DNA of 64,000 nucleotides. Origin: the human T2T-CHM13v2.0 reference genome, Homo sapiens. The notes below the pieces were generated by a model. The model did not search any database. It saw only the letters and a list, made by a program, of their open reading frames with translations, and was not told where the DNA came from. Below, one piece after another: positions 50,701-62,565 of this stretch. Each line of letters begins with the position of its first letter. Position 1 is the stretch's first letter. Where the stretch lies: positions 26,528,001-26,592,000 of the forward strand of contig CP068257.2 in NCBI GenBank assembly GCA_009914755.4, in the 5' to 3' direction. Made by a program: the position numbers and the translations under genes.

Positions 50701-53496
50701 GTCAGGAGGCTAGGAAAGCTTAAATCCTATGTCACTGTCAAGAATCTCTCCCAAGTGGTTACTAAGTAAGGCAACGAATGAACAAAACAGAACAGGAATA
50801 AAGGTCATTTTGTTGGTTGCAAGATTCTGCAACTAATTCTGCTGGTGAAAAAGTAAATTGAAGCCTCTGACTTAGGCTTTAAGTCAGAAAGGGACCTCCT
50901 AAACACCTCTCTCATGTTAAGACGTCACATTTTAGATATTGAGAGCAGAAGGCTCAGGTATACCTGCGTGAGAGAAAAACATATAGCTGGAGGGGTTTTT
51001 TTTTTACCCATTCAGACACAGCATGAAAGACAGAGAAAGGCCACCAAAATTTAAGAGGACTTCCTAACATTGCTTACCAATTCTACAACACAATACAAAA
51101 AAAAAAAAAATGACAATGAGAAGTTCCAGACCTAGACTCCTCACTTTGAAGATATAACCAGTGATTGTGCATGCAATGGCAATGTCCTCTAGTAATTGTG
51201 TGCAATCAATATCTATGAATTTGAATAAGCAGGTTAATCTTTTTTCCTTGGGTTGGGAATGGAGCTAGCAAGAGGAAGTTGCTAAGAATTAGGTGAGCAT
51301 AGGTAGAATATGCATAGGGAAAAATGGCAAATGGTCTTTCCTCCAATAGGACACAATGTTGGTGTAATTAATTATCTCCCCAAATTATACCTTGGAATTT
51401 AAAATTCTTAGCAGGAAGATATCTACAGAACTCAAAACATTTTGTGTGAACTCCAGTACATGATGGGATTTGTCCTTAAAAGGAATAACTACTAAAACTA
51501 GACTAAACATTTACTGTAGTTCAGTGCAGACTTTAGTCTAGGAATAGTTCTAAATGGTACCCGGAGTAGCGGGGGAACTGATGAAATTAATCTATACTAT
51601 CACAAAAATTAAAGTCCTCTTGATATAAATGAAAAATATGTTTGTAAAAAATTGCAAGACACACTAAGTTTTAGTGTTAGAGATTGTGAAAAAAGATACC
51701 AGAAAAGATCCCATCAAACATTATGCTGAAATAAGGATATAACGTGTATGAGTGGCATTATACTATCAGAATAGGAAATGGTATCAGATTCACAGATTTT
51801 GGGAGCCAAGATGGTGAGAATAAATGTATTCCAACTGCAGAGGAATATCAATAAAGTAAGTAAATAAGATTTTTGTGTGTGTGGAAAGAGGGTCAGACAC
51901 CTGAAAAGAGGCCATAAAATATGAATAAACTTCAAACAAATGACTCACCTCTACAGCAGGTTGAGCCAACTTTCCTCATCAAGGAGACCTCAAAGTTGCT
52001 TCAGAGCATCCATGCAAGTTGCCTTGTAAGGTCTTGTTGATGTGCTCCCCCTTCCGCCATCAGATCCTCTTGGCCCTGCCTGATCCCTGGGGCCTCCATG
52101 GCTTGTTCTGTTTTCCATCTGCAGGGAACCCAGTAATGACAAGTGCTTGTCTTATAGTTATAAATGCCTTGGCTCCACTTCTATCAATTTATCTACTAAA
52201 CACCACCAGCTGTGTCCCTCTTGACCTGAGATGAGAACTGTCTTTAAGCCAGGCCTTGATTGTGCCTCTCTTGTGGAGCTGGACATTCTGGTCCAGGAGA
52301 TGCTTTATGCACTGAACCAATGGCCAATATATGATGGTGTGTACCCATATGCTAGACTACTTGACTCCAATATCCAAAGGGCAGATGTAGGATTGGCCCC
52401 ACTCATCTTTTCCATTGACCTGTGTATTAGTCAGTGTTCTCTAGAGGGACAGAACTAATAGAATAAATAAACATATATAATATAACATTATATATATATG
52501 GGACTTTATTAAATATTAACTTACATGTTCACAAGGTCCCACAATAGACTGTCTGTAAGCTGAAGAGCAAGGAGAGCCAGTCTGAGTCCCAAAACTGAAG
52601 AACTTGGAGTCGAGTGTTCAAGGTCAGGAAGCATCCAGCACAGGAGAAAGATGTGGGATGGGAGGCTAGGCCAGTCTCTCCTTTTCACATTGTTCTGCCT
52701 GCTTTATATTTGCTGTCAGCTGATTAAATTGCCCACCAGATTAAGGGTGGATCTGCCTTCCCCAGCCCACTGACTCAAATGTTATTCTCTTTTGGCAACA
52801 CCCTCACAGACACACCCAACATCAATAATTTGTATCCTTCAATCCAATCAAGTTTACATTCAGTATTAACCATCGCAACTTCACCTCTTCTCAACTTGAA
52901 CCCATACACATCTCCTGAGATCATAATCTCCAAATAAAGATAATAATAAGGTCGTAATTCTGCCTGATATAATACAACTATCCTTCATACAACTGGAAAT
53001 GCACCAATCCCCAACCCAAATACTAATACAAAAAGTTAACAATATTTAAATGCTGATATGAAGTCAATAAACCTTATGTCACATGATAAAATAAAATAAA
53101 ATAAAAATATTTTCTTAGTACAAGTGTATACATAGACAAACATGTTTTTAACAAAAGAAGAATGAAATTCTCATGAAAATTACAGTCCTTGTTTCCACAG
53201 CTGGTAACATGGTTGGAGCTCGTATTGATGACTACCTTCTTCTACTATCCATTCTGTATTCCCTTTGCCGTCAGAAAGCACTTCAGCAGGTCATGGTTTT
53301 TTTCCTGGAGGAGTGACCCAAACCTTCACTCCTGAGGGGTCTGGGCCATTTGTAGTCCTGCCTGGAATGGACTGTTGTAGTTTCCCACTGACTTTAATCA
53401 CAGGGCATGGTAATACTAAGAGACACCCTAATGGATCTCTTGCATTCTATGCAAACTCTTCCTGACTTCCATTATGCAGTAGTAGACTGATTTATC

Positions 53497-53823
53497 TTAA
53501 TAGTCCGGGTCAATCAACCCAGCCAACGCTGTAACTCCCTTCTTAGCCTGTTGACTCAAAGGTAGCAAGAGCCCAAAGTGTCCAGGTGGCAATCTTAACT
53601 TCCAAATTAATGGAATTGTTGTTGTGTCTCCTGGTGGCAGCGTTCCTCCCTCCGGAACTAAGACCTCTAGGCCAGCAGAACGTAATGTCACAGGAACAGG
53701 AAGCAAAAATTTTGCTAGTGAATCACTAGGGGTGATGGTGAGTGGTGCCGCTTCCACGTCCCCCCCCGATTGCTGGACCCATGAAACCTGGATATAGGAG
53801 AAACACCACCATATATTGGACAC
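53497..53823 (-). pseudogene. ERV-L dUTPase relic (downstream of integrase, as in ERV-L/spumavirus-like pol)
   Basis: ..LRSAGLEVLVPEGGTLPPGDTTTIPLIWKLRLPPGHFGLLLPLSQQAKKGVTALAGLIDPDY: dUTPase motif 1 (SAGLDL-like), motif 2 region, motif 3 (G.IDPDYQGE-like). Confidence 0.8.
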
Positions 53824-53930
53824 TGATTCAGAGCAAACTCAGTCTTCAGGAGAACTTTGCCCAGCCCTGCAAAGTATTGTCACTAGTTGGAATTGTAATT
53901 GTGATTTCAAAAGGCCATTCCACCATTCTC

Positions 53931-54137
53931 TCAATGCTGCTTCAGGATGATGGGGAACAAGGTAAGACCAGTGAATTCCATGAGCATGGGCCCACTGCCA
54001 TACTTCTTTAGCCATAAAGTGAGTGTCTTAGTCAGAGGCAATGCTGTGTGGAATACCATGATGGTGGATAAGGCATTCCATGAGTCCACAGATGGTAGCC
54101 TTGGCAGAAGCATTGCATACAGGATAGGCAAAGCCAT
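53931..54137 (-). pseudogene. ERV-L integrase catalytic-core relic
   Basis: 68-aa ORF; downstream frames continue ..RIDTYSGYGFAYPVCNASAKATICGLMESLIHHHGIPHSIASDQ..HFMAKEVWQWAHAHGI..-like sequence. Confidence 0.7.
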
Positions 54138-54216
54138 ATCCAGAGTAAGTGTCTATTCTAGTGAGGACAAACCTCTGCCCTTTCCATGATGGAAGAGGTC
54201 CAACATAATCAACCTG

Positions 54217-54582
54217 TCACCAAGTAGCTGGCTGATCACCCCAAGGAATGGTGTCATATCGAGGGCTCAGTGTTGGTCTCTGCTGCTGGCAAATTGGGCA
54301 CTCAGCAGTGACCACAGCCAGGTCAGCCTTGGTGAGTGGAAGTCCATGTTGCTGAGCCCATGCATAACAACCATCCTTGCCACCATGGCCACTTTGTTTA
54401 TGGGCCCATTGGGCAATGACAGGGGTGGCTGGGGAAAGAGGCTGGGTGGTGTCCACAGAACAGGTCATCCTATCCAATTGATTATTAAAATCCTCCTCTA
54501 CTGAGGTCACCCGTTGGTGAGCACTCACATGGGATACAAATATCTTCATGGTTTTTGACCACTCAGAGAGGTCCATCCTCAT
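54217..54582 (-). pseudogene. ERV-L pol relic: RNase H C-terminus and integrase N-terminal HHCC zinc-finger domain
   Basis: ..AQWAHKQSGHGGKDGCYAWAQQHGLPLTKADLAVVTAECPICQQQRP..IPWGDQPATW (H-x4-H-x29-C-x2-C; start of DDE core). Confidence 0.85.
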
Positions 54583-57500
54583 TCCTCTTCCCCAAATTTC
54601 TTTGTCACCAATTTTCCAATCATGCTTCTTCCAAGTCCCTGACTATCCAGCCAAACCATTGGCTACAACCAATTAATCAGTATATAATCACACATCTGGT
54701 CATTTCTCCTTCCATGCAAAGTGCACACCCAGGTGCACTGCTCGAAGTTCTGCCCACCGGGAAAATTTTCCTTCACTGTTGTCCTTTAGGGATGTCCTAG
54801 AAAGGGGCTGTAGTGCTGCAGCTGTCCACTTTCAGGTGGTGCCTGCATGTCATGCAGAACCATCTGTGAACCTGGCCATAGTCTTCTCTTCCTCTGTCAA
54901 ATGATCATAGGGAACTCCTTCTGAGGCCATTGTTGCAGGCTGGGGAAGAGAAGGCAGGGTGGCAGGAGTGGAGACCATGCAAGGGGAGCCAGTACAAGTT
55001 CCAAAACTGAAGAGCTTGGAGTCCAATGTTCAAGGGCAAGAAGCATCGAGTACAGGAGAAAGCCGTAGGCTGGGAGGCTAGGCCAGTCTCCCCTTTTCAC
55101 GTTTTTCTGCCTGCTTTACCATTGGCAGCTGATTAGATTGTGCCCACTAGATTAAGGGTGGATCTGCCTTCCCCAGCCCACTGACTCAAATGCTAATCTC
55201 TTTTGGCAACACCTTCACAGACACACTCAGGATCAATACTTTGTATCTTTCAATACAATCAAGTTGACCCTCAGTATTAACCATCACAACCTGTTTGCAA
55301 GTTCTGTATTTTTCCATTTCTGCAAATTTAGGCTCTGCTTGACCACAGGCCCCAATTCCCAGTGTTTAAGCAGAGAAATGCTAGGTGACACAGAGAGGTC
55401 TATTGAGTTACCTGTTCATAACAACTGTACCTTCTCTCGTGAGATTATTATGAGGATTGAGTGCAATAATACCTGTAAAGGCCAAAGAAAAGGACTTAAC
55501 CCAGAGCAACTATTCAGTGGGTGCTAGCTGCTATTCTTAGAATACTGAAAATGTTGACTTCATGCTTAAATGACATCAATTTGGCTCATGTGATGTTCTT
55601 AGCTCATTCAGAACGTTGTAAACAATTACCCATTTTCTTTTGGTTCTGCATATAGCTAGAATTTTTTTTTATTTCATTCTTGAAGTCGGTCTTGCTTTTT
55701 TGCCTGGGTTCCTGAAGATTTTTTTTTTAATCCTGGAATGTTGATAACTTGCCAAGATATGTCCAATACAAGTCAGGTTTTATGCATACTTTCTGGAAGA
55801 TAGTGTTTCTCTTTGACCTAAAAAAAAATTAGTCCTTCCTTCATGTAAGGGAAACTTTCATCTGTTATATCTTTCAGTCCTAATTTTCTATTTTTTCTTG
55901 GGTATTATATCTCAGGGACAGCGATTACCATTAACTAGGATTTTCTTTTTCAAAAATATACTTACTACCTTTATTTCCTTTAAACTCTGTTTTTTCTTTA
56001 CCTTTGAGCATTGTAAGTTTTTTATATTTCCCCTATTTTTGTAACTTAATATTTTCTCTTGACTTCATTCCCCCCCCACACACACACACAATGCAAATTT
56101 AAATGGCTTTTTCTTATAGTTAATATGTGCAACTTTGATAGCATCACAGCTTTAAATTTTTACTTTAGAGCTGCTTCTTTTTCTATCTTTTCTTTTACCA
56201 AACTACCAATTGCTATATCACCTCCTCTACTCAAAACACACTAACACACACAAACAATTGATTATTGCTGAAAACTAGACTATATTCTATTTGTTAGGAC
56301 TTAGCTTAATGTCAGTTAGAACAAATATTTAAATGAGACAATAGAAAACAGTTCGTTAATTTTATAATTAATTTTAAAAGAGATACATTATTTGATTAAT
56401 GCATACATGAATAACTAACTTTATTTAATAATTTGTCTGGAGTAACTCAACATAAGTGCTCCAATGTACCCCAAATTTGCTATTTTGTTTTGCTTCGTAA
56501 ATCAGAATAAAAGCTGTCAATAGTAAAGGTAAGTCACACAAAAATATTAATTGATCCAACACTTATAAAGTCAACACTTCATGTATTTCTAATGAATCAC
56601 ATTAGTTTTAAAATCTATTTAAAAATATATTTAAATTTGTATTGTTGGTACCACATAAAGTAACAAATAAAATTCAAATTTTGCTGTCCTTCCAAATCTA
56701 AATAATAGTATATATAATGTAAAGGCAAATACTTGAGTTACCATTAAATAATTGTTAATACATAAATTTCTCCTTCTATCTATTAATCCCAGAAACATAG
56801 AACATTTAAATTACAGAAGAATGTAAAAGAAACAACAGAGGTCATTTTGGATGTACTTTCTTCTCCATTTATCAGGAAATGAATTATTATAAGTATTATA
56901 AACAAGCAACTCTGATTACCAAGTAAATATGATCATGTATGAAGTCACACTTTATCTTATCTATGGAAAATTTCTCTCACTCAGTAAGTAGTAGGAAGGG
57001 ATACATATTTCACTAATCAAATTTGAAGAAAGATTCTGAAACCTGATGATTGTTATTTTTATTAGGATCTATCTAAATTCAGACATTCGTGGCCAACACT
57101 ACTAGTGTCCTGACAGATGTCTATTCTTCTTTCTTTTAATCAGAGAATTCTACTTTTCTGGGAGTTAGAAATACGCCCAGTTTAAAATACTTAGCTTTGC
57201 AAAATTCAATGCCACTGGAGTAATCATATACCGTGCTTCTTGCCAACAGGATTTAAGAAGTCTTTGAGCGTGACTTCCCTTCAAGTTGGTGAGAAAGTTT
57301 GCCTCAGTTGACAGTTACACACTTAGCCTTTAAGCTTTTGTCCTTCTCTCTCCCCTTGGAACACAGACATGACGGGCTGAAGCAGAGAAGCCTGAGGTTG
57401 AAGGCCATGTGCTAAGGATGGCCGATTGAGAAACTGAATAAAACAGGGGTATTTCACATCTATCATTTGCCGTGTTAGCCTTGAACACTCCACTTCCAGG

Positions 57501-59744
57501 CTTTTGTTATATCTAAAATAAACCACTTTCCAGTTCAGCCTCTGCTTACCAAGTTTCCATTACCACACATTCAATGCAGTCATGACAGAAAAATTTTATA
57601 CTGGTTTGTTTAATTTTTTTTCATTTATGATTTATCAGTAGCATTCATATGAACTTTGAAACAAAATCTTATTATTCTTTTCTCTAATTCCATCTTTCAA
57701 CATTTAAATTTTGCAGATATGGCATTGTAATAATCCCAATGAAATTAATTCAAGCTGAAACAAATTAAGTTATTTTAAAACTTCAATTTGAAAAAAGATT
57801 GTACGCTATTAAATATGAAATGATGACTATAAATTATACAAAGAACTTTTGCTTTTCTAATTCTATGTATAAACACTGGCATAAGTACCTAACGATGTTT
57901 CCTTTTGGGAAGTATCAGGGGTGGAAAGGGATGGCATAAAACTTATTCATTCACCCAGTGATCCCTGAATGATGACTACAACAATGAAAGAGGCTGAGTG
58001 ATGAGCAAAAATTTCAGGGAAGCACCGCAGAGATAGGAAGAGTATTATTTTTTAATCTTAAAACTCTCTCTTTATATGGGCTGATCTTTGTGACTTAAAT
58101 ATTAAAACTATGACTTGTTCTGGGCTAAAAGACAGCTTGAAAAATGCTAGCAACTCAGCAGTAATAATGACTTGAATGTCCATATTACAGAGCAGAAACT
58201 GAAAATACTTCCCTACCCTGTTCAATCTCACCCATGAAATTTCCCTCAATATTTTCAACAATTAATAATAAGGATCAATATATGTAAACCTGTGCTTGCC
58301 CTTAATGGGGAAGACACTCTTCCTATTGTCAGATGATAGCAAAAGCCCATGCCAAACAGTGTAAGGACTTGTAGGATCACAGATCCTCCAGATTAACAAG
58401 AACTGTTGAGCTCAGGGGCAACCCATGCAAAGAGAGGGCCTGATGCTTCCCCAGGCTAACAGAGACAAATGTCAGGGTGTCGGCAGAGTGAATTGCTCCT
58501 TTGCAACATAATGAATATAGGCTTTGTTACATAAAAATCAAATCATGCAAATGCAGTGCTTTCATCAAAACGGAGAAGGAAGAAATTAACTTAAAAACCT
58601 GTTACATATTGTCTTGCCTTATTCCATATAATCAGCATTCATTTCTTATTCTGAATTTCAGTAAAGTAAATTTGGTTATTTTGTGGAGCATGTTCATTCA
58701 TATCCAAAAAAAAACCTTCTGTTGTTTTCTTCAAGTTTTATAAACAGACCCTTTTCAGATATCAGACTATTTGATATCTTGACTCTTAAACTCTTGACTA
58801 ACTTAAAGTTAAGATTCTGACATCCTCAGTGGGATAAAAACTGTAAGTGGAGGTACTTGTAGTGATTTCTATCAACTAATCTTATTTGTCTAATTGTGCC
58901 ACTTTTTACTAAGCTCTTTCAATCCAAGTACTTTATTCTCATGACCTGAATAAGAGCTCTGTGAAATAAATACTATCAATATTTTATTTTACAATGAAGA
59001 CCCTGAGGCACAGAACCCCAATAACATAACGCACATAGCACTTTCCATTTCAGGAATTAGAGGAAGACCTAATGTCTATATTGCCAGAAGTTTTTATCAA
59101 ATTGAGATGGGAGGAGAATTTCGACACCACTTTTGATAAGACAACCACACTTTCTGAATCATTGAACTATAACCAGATTTCCTGCTTGCCTTAGCCAGTA
59201 TCAAGGATTTACCCATGAAAGCAGTTTTAGAAGCCATATCTTTTGAACGTTCACAGATTTATCGCCGTCTGTTTCACCTGAGTAGCACCTCTGAATGACT
59301 TTATAAATGACATTGATAGATGACATGCCATAGGGCGGATGGATTGTCAAGTACCTTTATTGCAAGAGCATTCTACTCAACTTTCTAAGGCAGTGACACA
59401 TATTAATATATCTGGAAATGTGCCAGACAAAGATTGAATGAAAAGGGAATTTCTATTTCTCTCTTGGTTAACCATTAAGTTCAATTAATGAAAATACCAT
59501 ACCTCATGCATTCCAGTTAATCAAATTGTACCTGTATTCAAGCATTTAATAGCAATTATAGCAGTCAACACCTAAAACATTTAGGTGAACAAGAATCTCA
59601 AACCTACAGAAAACTTGCAAGTATGGTAGAAATCACTTTTTTCTGAATTATTTAAAAATAGTTGCCAACCTGATGTTTCATTACACTCAGATATTTGTGA
59701 AAATTTGTGTGTGTGTTCTACAGAAAAAGGGATTTTACAAACAA

Positions 59745-60040
59745 ATAAAAAAGAAATAAAGGAAGAGAGGAAATGAGAGAAAGAAGAAAGGAAAGAAAGA
59801 ACAAGAAAGAAGGAAGGAAGGAAGGAAAGAAAGAAAAAGAAAGAAAGAGAAAAAAGGAAGGAAGGAGAAAGAAAGAAGAAAGAAAGAAAGAGAAAGAAAG
59901 AAAGAAAGAAAGAAAGAGAAAGAAAGAAAGAAAGAAAGAAAGAAAAAAGAAAGGAAGGGGGAAGGAAGGAAGAGGAAAGGAAAGGAAGAAAGAAAAGGGA
60001 AAGGGAGGAAGGGAGAAAGAGGGAGGGAGAATACATACTC
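59745..60040. repeat. Long homopurine (GAAA/GGAA/GGGA)n microsatellite (+ strand), ~295 bp
   Basis: Uninterrupted purines apart from a few bases; source of ORFs 59773..60237 (+, KKERKKE-type) and 59581..60042 (-, SFFLSF-type). Confidence 0.95.
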
Positions 60041-60567
60041 ATAATATAACCATCAATATCAGGACACTAATGTTGATACCTTACTACAGTCTCATTCTCA
60101 GACCCTGTTCAACTTTTACCAATTATCCCCATAATATCCAGTGTACCGAAAAGTCCAAATCAGAATGGCATGTTATGTTTTGCTGCCATATTTCCTTTAG
60201 TCCCCTTCACTCTGACACAGCTGCTCAGTTTTGCTGACTTTCATGACCTTGAACTTTTGAATATTACAAGCATTAGCTTTTGTAGAATTTATCTCAATGT
60301 GGGTTTACCTGCTGTTTTCTTGATATTAGATTCAGGTTAGCATCTTTGGTAGGCATAAGACAGAAGTGATGAGGTGTCCTTTCATTCTATCACATTGTGC
60401 CCAAGTTTGATTTGTCTTCTCACCAACTTCCTATTACCTTTATCACTTGACTAAAGTGATATCTGCCAGGCCTCTCCATTGTATTCTCTATCCCTTTGCA
60501 ATTAGTATTTTGTGGGAAGTAAACACCCTGTTCCTCAGCAAAAATTTCAACTTATTCATTTACTTAT

Positions 60568-60902
60568 TGTATTAGTTCATTTACATGCTGCTGATAAAGA
60601 CATACCTGAGACTGGGCAATTTACAAAAGAAGGAGGTTGATTGTACTCACCATTCCACATGGCTGAGGGGGGCTCACAATTATGGCAGAAGGCAAAGAGG
60701 AGCAAGTCACATCTTACGTGGATGGCAGCAGGCAAAGAGAGCTGGAGCATAGAAACTCCTGTTTTTAAAAAACATCAGATCTCATGAGACCCATGATTCA
60801 ATCATCTCCCAACTGGGTCCTTCCCACAACACGTGGAAATTACGGGCGCTACAAGATGAAATTTGGGTGGGGACACAGAGTCAAACCATATCATTTATTT
60901 AT
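60568..60902 (-). mobile_element. Solo THE1/MST-type MaLR LTR
   Basis: TGTATTAGTTCATTTACATGCTGCTGATAAAGACATACCTGAGACTGGGCAATTTACAAAAGAAGGAGGTT..CCACATGGCTGAGGGGGGCTCACAATTATGGCAGAAGGCAAAGAGGAGCAAGTCACATCTTACGTGGATGGCAGCAGGCAAAGAGAGC..ACATCAGATCTCATGAGACCCATGATTCAATCATCTCCCAACTGGGTCCTTCCCACAACACGTGGAAATTACGGG..ATGAAATTTGGGTGGGGACACAGAGTCAAACCATATCA. Confidence 0.85.
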
Positions 60903-61227
60903 ACCTATACTGGTTCATAGTTTCCAATTTTTATTAGGTGGGTTATAATTATTTAACAAAATTTTTATTTTAATCTTCAAATGAACCTTTTTTGGGCCAG
61001 TAGCAGTTCTTTCAAGGTGCTTTCTTTTTCTTTTGCCATGTTTCCAACATTCCTGGCTCAACAAGATATACCAGGTTCATCTAATATTTGCCCTGCTCCA
61101 ACACTGGAATCAGTCATTTCTCAAGAGCCCCTGGAGAAGCCAAGATCTGGGTGTACAGTGTGTGCTTATTGCTTTTGAAGTATTGCTACTCCAGTCCTTC
61201 CAAGTGGAAGGAAGCCTCGTGAATATA

Positions 61228-61292
61228 TGTATACACACACAAACACATACACACATGCACATACAGACACACACACATATACAGACACAGAG
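61228..61292. repeat. Imperfect (CA)n / (CACATA)n microsatellite
   Basis: acacacacaaacacatacacacatgcacatacagacacacacacatatacagacacagag. Confidence 0.85.
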
Positions 61293-62414
61293 TTTTACAT
61301 CTATATGTATTTCTAGATCTAGCTATAAATCCTGAAAACCGTGAGTTCATACCAATAACTAATTCCAATCTAACCTCACAGGGCCTATTCTGGTTTTCTT
61401 TATTTCTTTCCATAAATGCAAACTCCTTCTCCAACAATGAGAAACCCAGATCTCATTGTGCTTACATATTTACCTATTTGATAAGATGCCCTGTATATAA
61501 CCAAACTCCTGCCTCTGCCATGACCCCTGATCCATCCAGGTTTACTGCTTACCCAACCCTGGAAGCCTGGGCTGCCTGCCACATGAAGTCCCTTATCCCC
61601 TTGTAGAACACTTGCCAGGTAACATACAGGATGCTCAGTTAAATTTGAATTTCAGAGCAACAACGAATTATTTTGTAGTATCAGTGTGTCCCAAGAAAAG
61701 TTATACTGCTTATATGTATAACTATTATTTCTTTAAAAGCATCAGTATAGTTTCATTGTTTATCTGAAGTTTAAATTTAACTGGGGGTCTCGTGTTCTGA
61801 CACCACAGTTCAGGCTTCTCTTAGCATAGGTCCGACTTTGTATTCACTTGCTGCTCGCTTCATATACATGTCCCTTCCCTTCACCTTAGCACTCTGGCTC
61901 CCCCAGCTAAGCTGACCCTCTGTGAGACACAATTTCTCATTCTACTGTGTGCTGTGACACCCTGCACTGAGTTGGGCTGTGACGTCCAGCCAGCCTGAAA
62001 TTCGCCAGGCCCTTCCTCAGCTCCGCCACCTGGTCCAGGGCAACCCACCCGTTACGGGCTGTCCTCTCACTCTGAAACCTCACCTTGAGCCACTACACCT
62101 CTCCCCAACTCCCTTGTGGATGTCTATGTCCTGCTTCACCCAGTATTTTTAGGACCCAATGTTCAGAGAGGGAAAGAGAGGGAGGAAGGAAAAAGAAAGA
62201 ATTCTGAAACATATTTGAGGATAGATTGCAGAGTTTAACACTAAGTGCTCATTTCATGATAATAGATCATCATGAAAAACACAGGAAAGTTCTACTAACA
62301 GCAAGAATAATTTATAATTTCTATTTGCTTCCAAAAACAGAAATAAAAGGTCAGAAGTAAACCGTTTTGGACTGTTTTTCCCCAAGTGTGAATAGTAATA
62401 AGCCTGCTTTGTTA

Positions 62415-62565
62415 GGAGAAAGAAAAAAATCAAGACGGAGGGGAGAAGAGGAAGAGAAAGAAAAGAATAAAAGAGAAAGAGAAAAGGAAAGAGAAAAAAA
62501 GGGAGGGAGGGAAGGAAGGAAGGAAGGAAGAAGGAAGGGGAGAGGAAAAGAGGGGAATCTATTAT
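62415..62565. repeat. Homopurine (GA/GGAA/GAAA)n tract (+ strand), ~150 bp
   Basis: aggagaaagaaaaaaatcaagacggaggggagaagaggaagagaaagaaaagaataaaagagaaagagaaaaggaaagag..gggagggagggaaggaaggaaggaaggaagaaggaaggggagaggaaaagagggg; source of ORFs 62351..62581 (-) and 62367..62585 (+). Confidence 0.9.

Larger units (their letters stand above)
52423..55288 (-). mobile_element. HERV-L (ERV-L) provirus with MLT2-type LTRs: 3' LTR 52423-52877, internal 52878-~54955 (PPT, dUTPase, integrase, RNase H end), 5'-side LTR ~54955-55288 (lacking ~100 bp at its inner, internal-facing end and fused directly to pol); 5-bp TSD ACCTG
   Basis: LTR pair with ~85-90% identity (..AAAACTGAAGA.CTTGGAGTC..AGGAGAAAG..GCTAGGCCAGTCTC.CCTTTTCAC..CAGCTGATTA.ATTG.CCCAC.AGATTAAGGGTGGATCTGCCTTCCCCAGCCCACTGACTCAAATG.TA.TCTCTTTTGGCAACACC.TCACAGACACAC..TATC.TTCAAT.CAATCAAGTT.AC..TCAGTATTAACCATC.CAAC); minus-strand ORFs encode integrase HHCC finger, integrase core and dUTPase in the ERV-L order IN then dUTPase; flanks ..ttgACCTG | element | ACCTGttt..; purine-rich tract GAGAAGAGGTGAAG adjacent to the left LTR on the minus strand. 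Confidence 0.8.

Noticed and set aside
54217-54582. Possibility that the integrase/dUTPase ORFs represent an intact or domesticated gene
   Set aside because: Each domain sits in a separate short frame bounded by stops and frameshifts; the upstream pol (PR/RT) is deleted; no promoter-proximal LTR U5/PBS remains. Treated as relics.
59581-60237. 153-154-aa ORFs on both strands (59581..60042 -, 59773..60237 +)
   Set aside because: Translations of the 295-bp purine microsatellite; not coding.
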